DNA of 63,779 nucleotides, counting the filler, from Octopus bimaculoides (Eukaryota): the NCBI RefSeq assembly GCF_001194135.2. It is 7 parts of 6 records of this genome, joined end to end, with 100 filler letters (N's around TTAATTAATTAA, not from the genome) between each part and the next. Parts side by side here need not be neighbours in the genome. Positions count along the whole stretch, not along the records: positions 46,202 to 54,236 come from NC_069001.1; positions 54,337 to 56,168 come from NC_068990.1; positions 56,269 to 63,779 come from NC_069005.1; 4 more parts are not named here. One strand, 5' to 3'. Positions 50,033-63,156 of the stretch are shown here, one piece after another. The notes beneath the pieces were generated by a model that saw nothing but the letters and a program-made list of their open reading frames with translations, was not told the DNA's origin and ran no database searches. The translations under genes and the position numbers were made by a program. Numbering within the stretch: the stretch's first letter is position 1; the number at the start of each line of letters is the position of its first letter.

Positions 50033-50739
50033 NNNNNNNNNNNNNNNNNNNNNNNNNNNNNNNNNNNNNNNNNNNNNNNNNNNNNNNNNNNNNNNNNNNN
50101 NNNNNNNNNNNNNNNNNNNNNNNNNNNNNNNNNNNNNNNNNNNNNNNNNNNNNNNNNNNNNNNNNNNNNNNNNNNNNNNNNNNNNNNNNNNNNNNNNNNN
50201 NNNNNNNNNNNNNNNNNNNNNNNNNNNNNNNNNNNNNNNNNNNNNNNNNNNNNNNNNNNNNNNNNNNNNNNNNNNNNNNNNNNNNNNNNNNNNNNNNNNN
50301 NNNNNNNNNNNNNNNNNNNNNNNNNNNNNNNNNNNNNNNNNNNNNNNNNNNNNNNNNNNNNNNNNNNNNNNNNNNNNNNNNNNNNNNNNNNNNNNNNNNN
50401 NNNNNNNNNNNNNNNNNNNNNNNNNNNNNNNNNNNNNNNNNNNNNNNNNNNNNNNNNNNNNNNNNNNNNNNNNNNNNNNNNNNNNNNNNNNNNNNNNNNN
50501 NNNNNNNNNNNNNNNNNNNNNNNNNNNNNNNNNNNNNNNCGACAAAAATTAATGTTCAACCAATCAACAACTGGTGATCGTTTCGATTTAATCGACTGTA
50601 GCGCCCCCACACCCCCATGCTTAACTCCTTCGCAACTTTCAAAAAAAAGTAAAGAAAAAAAGAAGGAAGAAAGAAGTAAATGGTGTCTGTGGTCTTGTGC
50701 CTATGTAAGAAGCCATTATTATTATTATTATTATTATTA

Positions 50740-50770
<31 letters not shown>

Positions 50771-51415
50771 GATTGTTATATTATTGTAAGAAGCCATTAT
50801 ATATATATATATGTATATATATGTATATATATATTAATGTAAGATATCATCATTATATATGTATATACTTATGTAAGAAATCATTACACACCGTGACTCT
50901 TAAGTTCCTTTGGCGTTTTAATGGCGTATTATAATAAATATACTAAAGGGACTTTTGAATCAGCCTCTATATCAAATAAGAACTCATTATATATTAATGT
51001 AATAACTCATTACATATTAATGTAATAATTACATATTTATGTAAAAAAAAATAAATGAATATATTACATATTAAATGAGGAATCACTATATATATATTAA
51101 ATAAGAAATTATTATATATTATCCTACATTATTATCATTGTTATTTTTCCTTTGATATCGGCTTGATAACAAATACCTGACGAGCGACAACCGGTAACGT
51201 AGGGCAAGCATTGATGTGTAATGTTATTGTTCAACACAGCTTCCGGTCCTAATGAAGTTTCATTCTTGGCTCAAAAATGAAACTTTTTTTTCAAAATATA
51301 GGTAACAAGAAGTTACTCAGAATGTGAACCATATTGTTTCATAATATTTTCTGGATTTCGAGTATGTTAGGTTTCCCGGGATTTTTTCAAAACCAATGAC
51401 TCCATTTTTTCTTTA

Positions 51416-51417
<2 letters not shown>

Positions 51418-51501
<84 letters not shown>
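51418..51501. repeat. (ATT)n microsatellite running into a gap
   Basis: Directly visible. Confidence 0.95.
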
Positions 51502-52520
51502 NNNNNNNNNNNNNNNNNNNNNNNNNNNNNNNNNNNNNNNNNNNNNNNNNNNNNNNNNNNNNNNNNNNNNNNNNNNNNNNNNNNNNNNNNNNNNNNNNNN
51601 NNNNNNNNNNNNNNNNNNNNNNNNNNNNNNNNNNNNNNNNNNNNNNNNNNNNNNNNNNNNNNNNNNNNNNNNNNNNNNNNNNNNNNNNNNNNNNNNNNNN
51701 NNNNNNNNNNNNNNNNNNNNNNNNNNNNNNNNNNNNNNNNNNNNNNNNNNNNNNNNNNNNNNNNNNNNNNNNNNNNNNNNNNNNNNNNNNNNNNNNNNNN
51801 NNNNNNNNNNNNNNNNNNNNNNNNNNNNNNNNNNNNNNNNNNNNNNNNNNNNNNNNNNNNNNNNNNNNNNNNNNNNNNNNNNNNNNNNNNNNNNNNNNNN
51901 NNNNNNNNNNNNNNNNNNNNNNNNNNNNNNNNNNNNNNNNNNNNNNNNNNNNNNNNNNNNNNNNNNNNNNNNNNNNNNNNNNNNNNNNNNNNNNNNNNNN
52001 NNNNNNNNNNNNNNNNNNNNNNNNNNNNNNNNNNNNNNNNNNNNNNNNNNNNNNNNNNNNNNNNNNNNNNNNNNNNNNNNNNNNNNNNNNNNNNNNNNNN
52101 NNNNNNNNNNNNNNNNNNNNNNNNNNNNNNNNNNNNNNNNNNNNNNNNNNNNNNNNNNNNNNNNNNNNNNNNNNNNNNNNNNNNNNNNNNNNNNNNNNNN
52201 NNNNNNNNNNNNNNNNNNNNNNNNNNNNNNNNNNNNNNNNNNNNNNNNNNNNNNNNNNNNNNNNNNNNNNNNNNNNNNNNNNNNNNNNNNNNNNNNNNNN
52301 NNNNNNNNNNNNNNNNNNNNNNNNNNNNNNNNNNNNNNNNNNNNNNNNNNNTATATCACTTCATATTCTGAGTTCAAATCCTGCTGAAGTCGACTTTAAT
52401 TTTCCTGGGATCGATAATATTAAATACTGGGGTCGATTTAATCGACTAACAAACCATACACACATACACACATACACTGAATTTTTGGCCTTGCGCCTGT
52501 TTTAGAGAACATTATTATCG

Positions 52521-52558
<38 letters not shown>

Positions 52559-53269
52559 ATTTTTTGAGACGCTTCCTTCTTGGCCCCCCTCCCCTAAAGT
52601 GGCTGTTGTGTGGTGGTGATGATGGTGGTGGTGATATATTAAATATAAGAATCATAAGATGTGTGGAATGACTATATATGTGTGTGAGGAAAAGAGACAA
52701 AAGAAAGAAAGAAAGAAAGAAAGAAAGACAGAAAGAAATGTGAGACAGATAGATGTCTATGTGTATCTTGTCAAATGTACAGATGTTAATTTTACTTTAC
52801 CAATATTTTTCCTATTCTGTGAAAATTTGCTTCTAAGTTTAAATTGGCAGAAAAAAAAGTATTTTTTGAAGATTTTCTCACGAAAAAAAATTACAATTTA
52901 ACGAGACAATACAATGTATAAAATATAATAACGATTTCTTTATTTTTCCGTTTTATTTTGTTTGTTTGTTTGTTTGTTCCATGGTTTTTAACGTTTTGTT
53001 GCTTTTTAAGAATTTCCGTACTTCTGTGTATGTTTGTCCATATATGTGTGCATGTGTGTATCTACTTCAGGGATTCACACATACACACAAGCACACATAT
53101 ATGCAAATATGCACACATACGTACATGCATACAAGTCACACTTAACTGTTAATTTTCATCCAGCAGATGATACTGAGCGCCACTTACCACATTTCTCAAT
53201 CCTTCCTGTAAGCTATGACACCACACGCTGTTCATTGAGGCAAAACATACATACGTATATGCATCTACG

Positions 53270-53270
53270 T

Positions 53271-53312
<42 letters not shown>

Positions 53313-53437
53313 NNNNNNNNNNNNNNNNNNNNNNNNNNNNNNNNNNNNNNNNNNNNNNNNNNNNNNNNNNNNNNNNNNNNNNNNNNNNNNNNNNNNNNNN
53401 NNNNNNNNNNNNNNNNNNNNNNNNNNNNNNNNNNNNN

Positions 53438-53478
<41 letters not shown>

Positions 53479-53802
53479 ATACGTATATATGTGCATATGT
53501 ATGTATGTATATGTATATACGTATATATATATGTGTATATGTATGTATATGCATATATATGTGTATGTATATATGTATACATATATATATATGTATGTGT
53601 ATATATATAAGTATATATATGTATATATATATATGTATATATGTATATATATATATATGTGTGTATATATATGTATATATGTATATATATATGTATATAT
53701 ATATGTATGTATATCTATATGTATATATATATGTACATATATATACGTATATATGTACATATATATATGTATATATATGTACATATATATACGTATATAT
53801 AT
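53270..53802. repeat. (TA)n / (TATATG)-mosaic low-complexity tract
   Basis: Directly visible; source of the Y/I/M/C-rich ORFs. Confidence 0.92.
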
Positions 53803-55035
53803 CTTCAGGTTCTTTTTCAAAATATTATATATTTAATTTTACATCCCTTTAAAAAATAAGCAATACAAGATTAAAAATTAAAAATTAAAAATTAAAATTA
53901 TACTTTGTAATATTAAGAATTAAAATTTATAAATTATACATTATAAATATGAATTAGTATATATATATATATCAATCATGTAAAATCAAGTATATGTCAA
54001 ATATAGAATGTGAGATATAAAATTATACATCAGAATAAAAATTATTCTGATAATAAATTTAAGTATTAACTAAAGTAGGAGATAATTAATGAAGTATATT
54101 ACATACCCTGCTGGTAATTTTGGTTACATCCTTAAGTATTATTTCGTGATGTGCTGATACCATGAAATTACTTTCAGATATTTTTTGTATTATCTGAAAT
54201 AGAATACCCGCATATCGACTAATCCCCCAAAATTGANNNNNNNNNNNNNNNNNNNNNNNNNNNNNNNNNNNNNNNNNNNNTTAATTAATTAANNNNNNNN
54301 NNNNNNNNNNNNNNNNNNNNNNNNNNNNNNNNNNNNTATATATCCATATATATATATATATACATACACCTATACTTTTTTTAATTCTATTCTTTTTTTA
54401 TATAAATTCTCTTCTATTACTGGAAGTTCCTAATTTTCTGGGACTATAATTTAACTTGTCTGGCATTCAAAAACATCTCTCGATCTATTACCACACGAAA
54501 ACAAATTGAGCAAGGTATCTTTCCATTTGACAACCTATCACATTTTTACGCCTTGAACCTACTAAGTAGAAAGTTTACATTGAGAAGTAAATTGATAAAT
54601 ATTGCTAAATGAGGTAGAATTTCATCTAATATTTTATAACAACCGTCTATCAGACAAAGAGTTACCCAGATAGCTACAAGACAGACAACAAAATAAAGTG
54701 TCCTGTGAACTGAAAATTATATCTATTCATAAAAGGTTACGACTCAATGATACTTTGCTTGCCGGAAGCTTTTAGAGTTGTTTTGCCACCAGACATGACT
54801 AAGTGAATAAATATATTTTAGAATGACCCGACATTTTCTCTGATAACTTGATTGAGTTATTCTGTTAAAAAACTTCATTTGCTTTGTTTATTTTTATTAT
54901 TATTATTATTATTATTGTTATTATTGTTATTATTATCATCATCATCATCATTATTATTATTATCATCATCATCATCATTATTGTTCTTATTGTTGTTATT
55001 AGTGTTAATATTATCATCATCATCATTATTATTAC

Positions 55036-55067
<32 letters not shown>

Positions 55068-55358
55068 GTAGTAGTAGTAGTACTAGTAGTAGTAGCTTTT
55101 GGTTTGTTTTGTAGTGTATTTGTTATTTATTTATTTTTTCCTATTATGTATTGTTTGGCAATGTCTTTTGATCTTGCTCCAGGGTAAAAGTGATAGCATG
55201 GATATCGATGGATAATCAATCATGAAATAAATTTTCTACCAGAAAATTCTTTTGTTAGACTTCTGTGGTTGAATAATCTCTGTTATTTTCATTAGGAGAT
55301 ATTTCTAGGGTTTTTTTTCAATGCTTTTGTCTTCTTTTTGTTTTTCCACTTCTTTATA

Positions 55359-55398
<40 letters not shown>

Positions 55399-55932
55399 CT
55401 TTTGGCATATGTTGTTTGCATGCTCTCTGTCTTCTTGACAAATCTAATTCACTCCTCACCAAAATGAATATGCACTCAACTGATCTCAGCAAAATATAAG
55501 CTATGTATTATTCGTTACCTATAAATAAAGGAGAATTTCAAAATGAAATATTAATATTTAATAAAACCAATTCGTTGTTCTTACAGGTGAAAAGATATAA
55601 CAATGGTTATACTGAAAAATGTTTAGTAAGTCTTATTAATATGATAATACACACAGGTCAAAGTATGAATAAAAATGATTTTCTTTCATTCTGATTAGTT
55701 AATACATAGGATATATTTTTCAGAGTGTATTCTTTAGTTATATTCATTTGGAAGAAGTGGTGGTGGAGATGAAATAACCAGAATGTTAGATCGATATTCA
55801 GAGTTGGTTAGCTTGAGACAATTTATACTCATGTTATATAAAAAGTTGTCAAAAAAGACAATTTGTCTATATACATATTTAAAAACTGACTAAATGATCC
55901 AATTTAGTAAATTTATTTTAAATTGTGTAAGT

Positions 55933-55970
<38 letters not shown>

Positions 55971-55974
55971 TTTT

Positions 55975-56168
55975 ATTTGTTTCAGTCATCTAACTGCAGC
56001 CAGGCTGGAGCACTGCCTTTAGTTGAGCAAATCGACCCCAAGACTTATTCTTTGTAAGCCTAGTACTTATTCTATCAGTCTCATTGCCAAACTGCAAAGT
56101 TATGGAGACGTAAACACACCAGCATTTGTTGTCAAGCAATGCTGGGGGGACAGACACACAAACATACA
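55975..56168 (-). mobile_element. SINE family A, 3' half
   Basis: gctggagcactgcc..gagcaaatcgaccccaagacttattc..aagcctagtacttattctatc..gacgtaaacacaccagc..ttgtcaagcaatg. Confidence 0.68.
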
Positions 56169-56269
56169 NNNNNNNNNNNNNNNNNNNNNNNNNNNNNNNN
56201 NNNNNNNNNNNNTTAATTAATTAANNNNNNNNNNNNNNNNNNNNNNNNNNNNNNNNNNNNNNNNNNNNG

Positions 56270-57882
56270 AAATCGTCTTAGAAACAGCAGTTAAGACCCC
56301 CAAGAAATCCTTGTACTCCCTCTCTCTCTCTGTCTGCTATAAACATTACTGAATTTATACTAAAAAAAACTCACTCCTAGAAATCGTCCTAGAACAGTAG
56401 TGAAAACTCCGAAGAAAACCTTCTACTCTCTCTCTCTCTCTCTGCTATAAACATCATTGAATTTATACTAAAAAAACTCACTCCTAGAAATCGTCTTAGA
56501 AACAGCAGTTAAGACCTCAAGAAATTCTTGTACTCTCTCTCTCCGCTATAAACATCACTGAATTTATACTAAAAAAAACTCACTCCTAGAAATCCTCCTA
56601 GAACAGCAGTGAAAACCCCGAAGAAAACCTTCTACTCTCTCTCTCTCTCTTNNNNNNNNNNNNNNNNNNNNNNNNNNACTCTCTCTCTCCGCTATAAACA
56701 TCACTGAATTTATACTAAAAAAAACTCACTCCTAGAAATCCTCCTAGAACAGCAGTGAAAACCCCGAAGAAAACCTTCTACTCTCTCTCTCTCTCTTCGC
56801 TATAAACATCACAGAATTTATACTAAAAAAAACTCACTCCTAGAACAGCAGTGAAAACCCCGAAGAAAACCTTCTACTCTCTCTCTCTCTCTGTCTGCTA
56901 TAAACATCACTGAATTTATACTAAAAAAAACTCACTCCTAGAAATCGTCCTAGAACAGCAGTGAAAACCCCGAAGAAAACCTTCTACTCTCTCTCTGCTA
57001 TAAACATCATTGAATTTATACTAAAAAAACTCACTCCTAGAAATCGTCTTAGAAACAGCAGTTAAGACCCCCCAAGAAATCCTTGTACTCTCTCTCTCTG
57101 TCCCTCTCTCTGTCTGTTATAAACATCACTGAATTTATACTAAAAAAAACTCACTCCTAGAAATCGTCCTAGAACAGCAGTGAAAACCCCGAAGAAAACC
57201 TTCTACTCTCTCTCTNNNNNNNNNNCCGAAGAAAACCTTCTACTCTCTCTCTGCTATAAACGTCATTGAATTTATACTAAAAAAACTCACTCCTAGAAAT
57301 CGTCTTAGAAACAGCAGTTAAGATCCCCGAGAAATCCTTGTACTCTCTCTGTCTCCGTCTGCTATAAACATCACTGAATTTATACTAAAAAAAACTCACT
57401 ACTAGAAATCCTCCTAGAACAGCAGTGAAAACCCCGAAGAAAACCTTCTACTCTCTCTCTGCTATAAACATCATTGAATTTATACTAAAAAAACTCACTC
57501 CTAGAAATCGTCTTAGAAACAGCAGTTAAGACCCCCAAGAAATCCTTGTACTCTCTCTCTCTCTCTCTCTGTCTGCTATAGACATCACTGAATTTATACT
57601 AAAAAAAACTCACTCCTAGAAATCCTCCTAGAACAGCAGTGAAAACCCCGAAGAAAACCTTCTACTCTCTCTCTCTCTCTCTGCTATAAACATCACTGAA
57701 TTTATACTAAAAAAATCTCACTCCTTGAAATCGTCCTAGAAACAGCAGTTAAAACGCCCAAGTAATACTTCTACTCTCTCTCTCCGCTATAAGCATCACT
57801 GAATTTATACTAAAAAAGAACTCACTCGTAGAAATCGTCCTAGAAACAGCAGTTAAAACCCCCAAGAAATCCTTCTACTCTC
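56270..57882. repeat. Satellite array, 100-115 bp monomers in two variants, each with an internal (CT)n
   Basis: About 16 copies of gaaatcgtc(c/t)taga(a)acagcagt...tact(ct)n..gctataaacatca(c/t)tgaatttatactaaaaaaa(a)ctcactccta. Confidence 0.92.
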
Positions 57883-58100
57883 GGACATTCGGATTAGACA
57901 CTCAGGGAAAATGGCTGTAACTTTTTTTATTTTTTAATTTTGGCGATTTTCGATTTCGATAAAGTGTTCTACATATCACGGTCATACGATTCCCCCTAAA
58001 AAAAATTTTGACCCCCACTCCTCCTTTTTTTTGGCGATTTTCATTTTTGACATCGTGTTCTACATGTACAGGTCGTACGAATAGCCCTCTCGCAACTTAG

Positions 58101-58198
58101 GCTATAGTAGAAGACACTTGCCCAAGGTGCCACACAGTGGGACAGAACCAAGAACCACATGGTTGGGAAGCAAGCTTCTTACCACATAGCCATGCCTG
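58101..58198 (-). mobile_element. SINE family A, 5' half
   Basis: gctatagtagaagacacttgcccaaggtgccacacagtgggacagaacc..aaccacatggttgggaagcaagcttcttaccacatagccatgcc. Confidence 0.78.
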
Positions 58199-60033
58199 CA
58201 CAAAATAATTAGAGTACAGGCTGTATGTATAAACTAATCTGAGTACATATATAATATAATCAGAGTATAGGCTACACGCATAAGACAGAGTACAAACTAC
58301 ACACACCAAATAAAGTACAGGTTACACATATGAGATAATCAGCATACATACTATATGCAAATGATTGGAGAATGTACTACATTTACAAGATAATTAGAGT
58401 ACTAACTCCATGTACATGATAATCCCATAAGATTACTCGTAATTATGGTGCCATCATCAACTGTTGTGCTCTATAACATGATTGACGTTTCTGCAACAGA
58501 GTACGATATATACACCCTGAGTATGTATGTGTGTGTATTTTCGTGTAGACATGTGTGTATGTTTGTATGGATGTGTATGTTTGTATGGAAGTGTACCTGG
58601 ATGAGTGTCAATGTGTGTGTGTGTGTGTGTATACATGTCTTTTGATATATGTGTGTATAGCTGGGGCTTTTTTGTGTGTGCGTATGTGTGTATTTGTATG
58701 TCTATGCATATGTATGTATAACAAAATGTTTATGAATGTGTGTATGTTATAGTGCATGTCTGAGATTGTGGGTGTTGGCAGATGGATATATGCATGTGCC
58801 TTTGTGTGAATGTGTGAGTGTAAAAGAGTGCATAAGTAGGTGTATGTGTGTGTGTGTGAGAGAGTCTGTAACATGAAATGGTCACATATTGATGTGGCAA
58901 TGTACCGTGATTATTACGATATGAAGTGTGAGATTTCGTGGGAGAACTTTCAGACATTTATCAAGCACAGCCGAAATATATCCACAGTAATTTCAGAAAG
59001 GTGAAGGTTACAGTTTTATTTTCTTTCTTTTTGCGTTTAGCTGTTATTTCTAGCATTTCAAGTTTCGTGGTGGGGACTCCACATGTGATCCTATTGCTGT
59101 TTCAATATAAATGTAAGCCGTTCATTTTCACATCTAAGTTGCGAGGGGGCTATTCGTACGACCTGGACATGTAGAACACAATGTGAAAAATGAAAATCGC
59201 AAAAAAAAAAAAACAAAACAAAAAAACGGGGGTGTTGGAGGTCAAAAAATTTTTTAGAGGGAATCGCATGACCGTGATATGTAGAACACATTATCGAAAG
59301 CGAAAATCGCCAAAATTAAAAAAATAAAAAAGTTACAGCTATTTTCCTTCAGTGTCTAATCCCAATGTGCACCCAAAATGCTTAGCAGTATTTCCCCCGT
59401 TGCAACGTTCTGAGTTCAAATTCCACCGAGGTCGACTTCCCCTTTCATCCTTTCGGCGGTATCTTGTCTGCCGCTACGGTCTGAGTTCAAATTCCACAAC
59501 TAACTTCGTGGAACAAAGCACAGTGCTTATTTTATCGCTCTCTTTTGCTGAACCTCTATTGTTGTGAACCGATAGTGTGTATATAAAGGAGACCACGGTT
59601 AGGCATAATCTATAAACATCGTTTCTCAACCTTATCATTTCGATTGAAGCCTCCAGTTGTATGAAAATTTCCTGACCCCCCACCCTCAGAAATAGCTGTT
59701 ATGAACATAGAAAGAAATTAGACAAAATTTACAGTCAGACGACAACCTGTAGCTATTTTATAAAACTTTCTCAACATTTCTCGTCACAGAAAATAGCAAA
59801 ATTACTGGCGGTAATTTTGTCACAAATGCAGGGTTCAAAATTCCCAATTTATATTAAAGAAATTTCAGACGTACCTGTTGAAGCTTAAAATGTAAGAGAT
59901 AATGTTTTCCACGCGTATATAGAGAAAATGAAAGACATGAAATGGCCGTTTGCATGTGTGTATATTTTGGTGCTGTAAGACGGCGGAGGAGGTGGTGGTG
60001 GTGTAAGACGGTGGAGGAAGTGCCCGTCTTCGG

Positions 60034-60382
60034 AAAAACGTGCCCAGCACGGCTAGAACGTGTCCAGCGCCGGAAAAGCGTGCCGGGGGCCGCAAAAAAG
60101 ATGACCGGCACCGCAACAACGTGCTCGATGATGCAAGAACGTGCTCGGTGCCGCAACAACGTACATGGCGCCGAAAGAACGTGCCTGGAACCGCAAGAAC
60201 GTGCCCAGGGCCGGAAGAACGTACCTGGCGCCACTAGGACGTGCCCGGAGCAGCAACACGTGCCTGGGGTCGTAAGTACGTGCCTGGGTCCGTAAGTACG
60301 TGCCCGGGGCCGTAACTACGTGCCTGTGACCGCAAATACTTCCCTAGGACCATAAGTACGTGCCCGGAGCCGTATGTTCCTA
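60034..60382. repeat. GC/CpG-rich 20-bp minisatellite running into a gap of about 0.9 kb
   Basis: About 17 units, consensus near AAG(A/T)ACGTGCC(C/T)GG(G/C)(G/A)CCG(C/T). Confidence 0.88.
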
Positions 60383-62774
60383 NNNNNNNNNNNNNNNNNN
60401 NNNNNNNNNNNNNNNNNNNNNNNNNNNNNNNNNNNNNNNNNNNNNNNNNNNNNNNNNNNNNNNNNNNNNNNNNNNNNNNNNNNNNNNNNNNNNNNNNNNN
60501 NNNNNNNNNNNNNNNNNNNNNNNNNNNNNNNNNNNNNNNNNNNNNNNNNNNNNNNNNNNNNNNNNNNNNNNNNNNNNNNNNNNNNNNNNNNNNNNNNNNN
60601 NNNNNNNNNNNNNNNNNNNNNNNNNNNNNNNNNNNNNNNNNNNNNNNNNNNNNNNNNNNNNNNNNNNNNNNNNNNNNNNNNNNNNNNNNNNNNNNNNNNN
60701 NNNNNNNNNNNNNNNNNNNNNNNNNNNNNNNNNNNNNNNNNNNNNNNNNNNNNNNNNNNNNNNNNNNNNNNNNNNNNNNNNNNNNNNNNNNNNNNNNNNN
60801 NNNNNNNNNNNNNNNNNNNNNNNNNNNNNNNNNNNNNNNNNNNNNNNNNNNNNNNNNNNNNNNNNNNNNNNNNNNNNNNNNNNNNNNNNNNNNNNNNNNN
60901 NNNNNNNNNNNNNNNNNNNNNNNNNNNNNNNNNNNNNNNNNNNNNNNNNNNNNNNNNNNNNNNNNNNNNNNNNNNNNNNNNNNNNNNNNNNNNNNNNNNN
61001 NNNNNNNNNNNNNNNNNNNNNNNNNNNNNNNNNNNNNNNNNNNNNNNNNNNNNNNNNNNNNNNNNNNNNNNNNNNNNNNNNNNNNNNNNNNNNNNNNNNN
61101 NNNNNNNNNNNNNNNNNNNNNNNNNNNNNNNNNNNNNNNNNNNNNNNNNNNNNNNNNNNNNNNNNNNNNNNNNNNNNNNNNNNNNNNNNNNNNNNNNNNN
61201 NNNNNNNNNNNNNNNNNNNNNNNNNNNNNNNNNNNNNNNNNNNNNNNNNNNNNNNNNNNNNNNNNNNNNNNNNNNNNNNNNNNNNNNNNNNNNNNNNNNN
61301 NNNNNNNNNNNNNNNNNGCATGGCTGCAGTCAAATGACTGAAACAAGTAAAAGAGTAAAGAGTATTACATTCAGCTATGAAAAATAGCTCATCAGCATCT
61401 AGGAGTTCACCTGGACAGCCAGTTTTAAACTCTTCAGTGATAGTGGAAGACTAAGATGAGTGGGAGGAGACTGAGGACTGAACCTTCATGGACTCCTACC
61501 TCTACACTAAATTCATTGCTCACTCTCACTTTACTCAATGCATCTTTGTACAGCCCTTACAAAACTATTTGCCTACATCAAGTTTCCTCTGAGCCCACCA
61601 AGTTACTTAATATGGTACCCAAATCAATAAAAGCTCAGAATAGAGGTATATTGTTAGCCAGGTATTTCTCCTCCAGTTACTTCACAAGGAAGATTGCATC
61701 AAATGGTGCCTCTTTCTGGGGCAAAGCGAAACTGCATCTCATTCAAGTGTACTCTATCATGGATCAACAACTTTCTCAGTGATTACTCTTGATTATTTTA
61801 TCTACCACATTACTGTGAACTTGAATTGTTCCTCTATTGGGTCAGCATTGAGTAATTCTTGTTTATCCAATGTTTAGCAACCTTTCATAATAGCACTTCC
61901 ACAAAAGCTTCTTTTGTCTCATATCAATAGTGAATTTACCTTCATCATTCCAGATACACTTCTCATCAATATCTTCATTCTTTCATACACACTCTCTTGT
62001 AATGTAATCCTGAACATCTGCTGCCTCTGATCCTCATATTGCAAGACATGAGCAAATCTCTCCCATTCTGCCTCACTTTTAGCTAAGTACACCAGATACT
62101 TAGATGCTCTTCTAGTCTATCCAAGCCTGTCTCCTTAGCCTTGACTACCCTATATCTCCCCATTCCCCTACCATGTTACTTTTGGCTTGGCTGGGACTTT
62201 GCTCCAGTCACAAGTCTGATCAGTAGCCCTAAGCAGGTTATCTCATAGAGATTTCCAGTTGTCATCTATGCTACAGGTATCTAAACCTTCCCTATATTCT
62301 AGTGTGTTAGAATTTCTCTAAGGTCCTTCCCAACTGCTAGATCTTTTAGTTGCCAGAACCTTTTTTCTCACACTTTTTCTTTTTTTTTTTTCTTTTCAGT
62401 GTCCATCAAGTTCTGACACAGAGGTCTCTCACACACACACACACATATATATTTAATAGCAGTTTGACTCGGCACAATGCAACTTAAAATTTGTAGCTTC
62501 ATAGAACAAACCCAACTCATCAGGCTTATTGGAAATCAAGCAAGAAGTTGAGTCAAACTGTTATTAAATAATGCATGTAAATGCTATCAAATGTGTTGAG
62601 TGCCTATTTCTTTAGTTTATCCACCCACTTAAGTACACAAGTGGGTGGATAAACCCACATTTGGAGTCTGGTCAATTCCCAGTCAAACTGTTGAACCCAT
62701 GCCAACAGAGAAAGTGAATGTTACACGATGATGATAATGATATACATGTGTGATGAACATATGTACAGTTTCTG

Positions 62775-62880
62775 TCTAGCAAATCCATTTATGGTGTTGT
62801 CAACATAAGACTACAATGAAAGATACTTGTCCAAGGAGTTGCACACTGGAGTGGAACCTGGAACCATGTGGTTATGAGCC
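62775..62880 (-). mobile_element. SINE family A, degraded
   Basis: aaagatacttgtccaaggagttgcacactggagtggaacctggaaccatgtggtt. Confidence 0.55.
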
Positions 62881-63119
62881 TGATGTCATGACAATAACTA
62901 TTTCATACAAAATTTTATCATAGAATTCTAAGCAAAAACAAAGCAAGAATGTATGACTTACTTACCTTCATTAAAAACAGAAATGGAAACATTTTAAACT
63001 AGAAATTTAAAATTAAGATTAAAAAAAAACGCCAAGACAGTTGTTGTCCATGTTTTACTTATAATCTCTTTTATAGACATATAGACAAAATTGTTAATGA
63101 CATTTCAAAATACAAGTAT

Positions 63120-63156
<37 letters not shown>

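Noticed and set aside
51170-51290. CTGACGAGC...AACCGGTA and the AGTTTCATT/AATGAAACT hairpin as hammerheads
   Set aside because: Core elements are incomplete or wrongly spaced. The second is a simple 9-bp stem-loop.
60034-60382. CRISPR-like repeat-spacer array
   Set aside because: Eukaryotic context and no cas genes. The variable halves are only about 9 nt and clearly homologous to each other, so this is a minisatellite.
61456-62330. 108-aa ORF and neighbouring sequence as a host gene
   Set aside because: No recognisable domain or splice pattern. A nearby minus-strand YLVYLAKSEAEWERF suggests decayed RTE LINE sequence, but the evidence is too thin to annotate.
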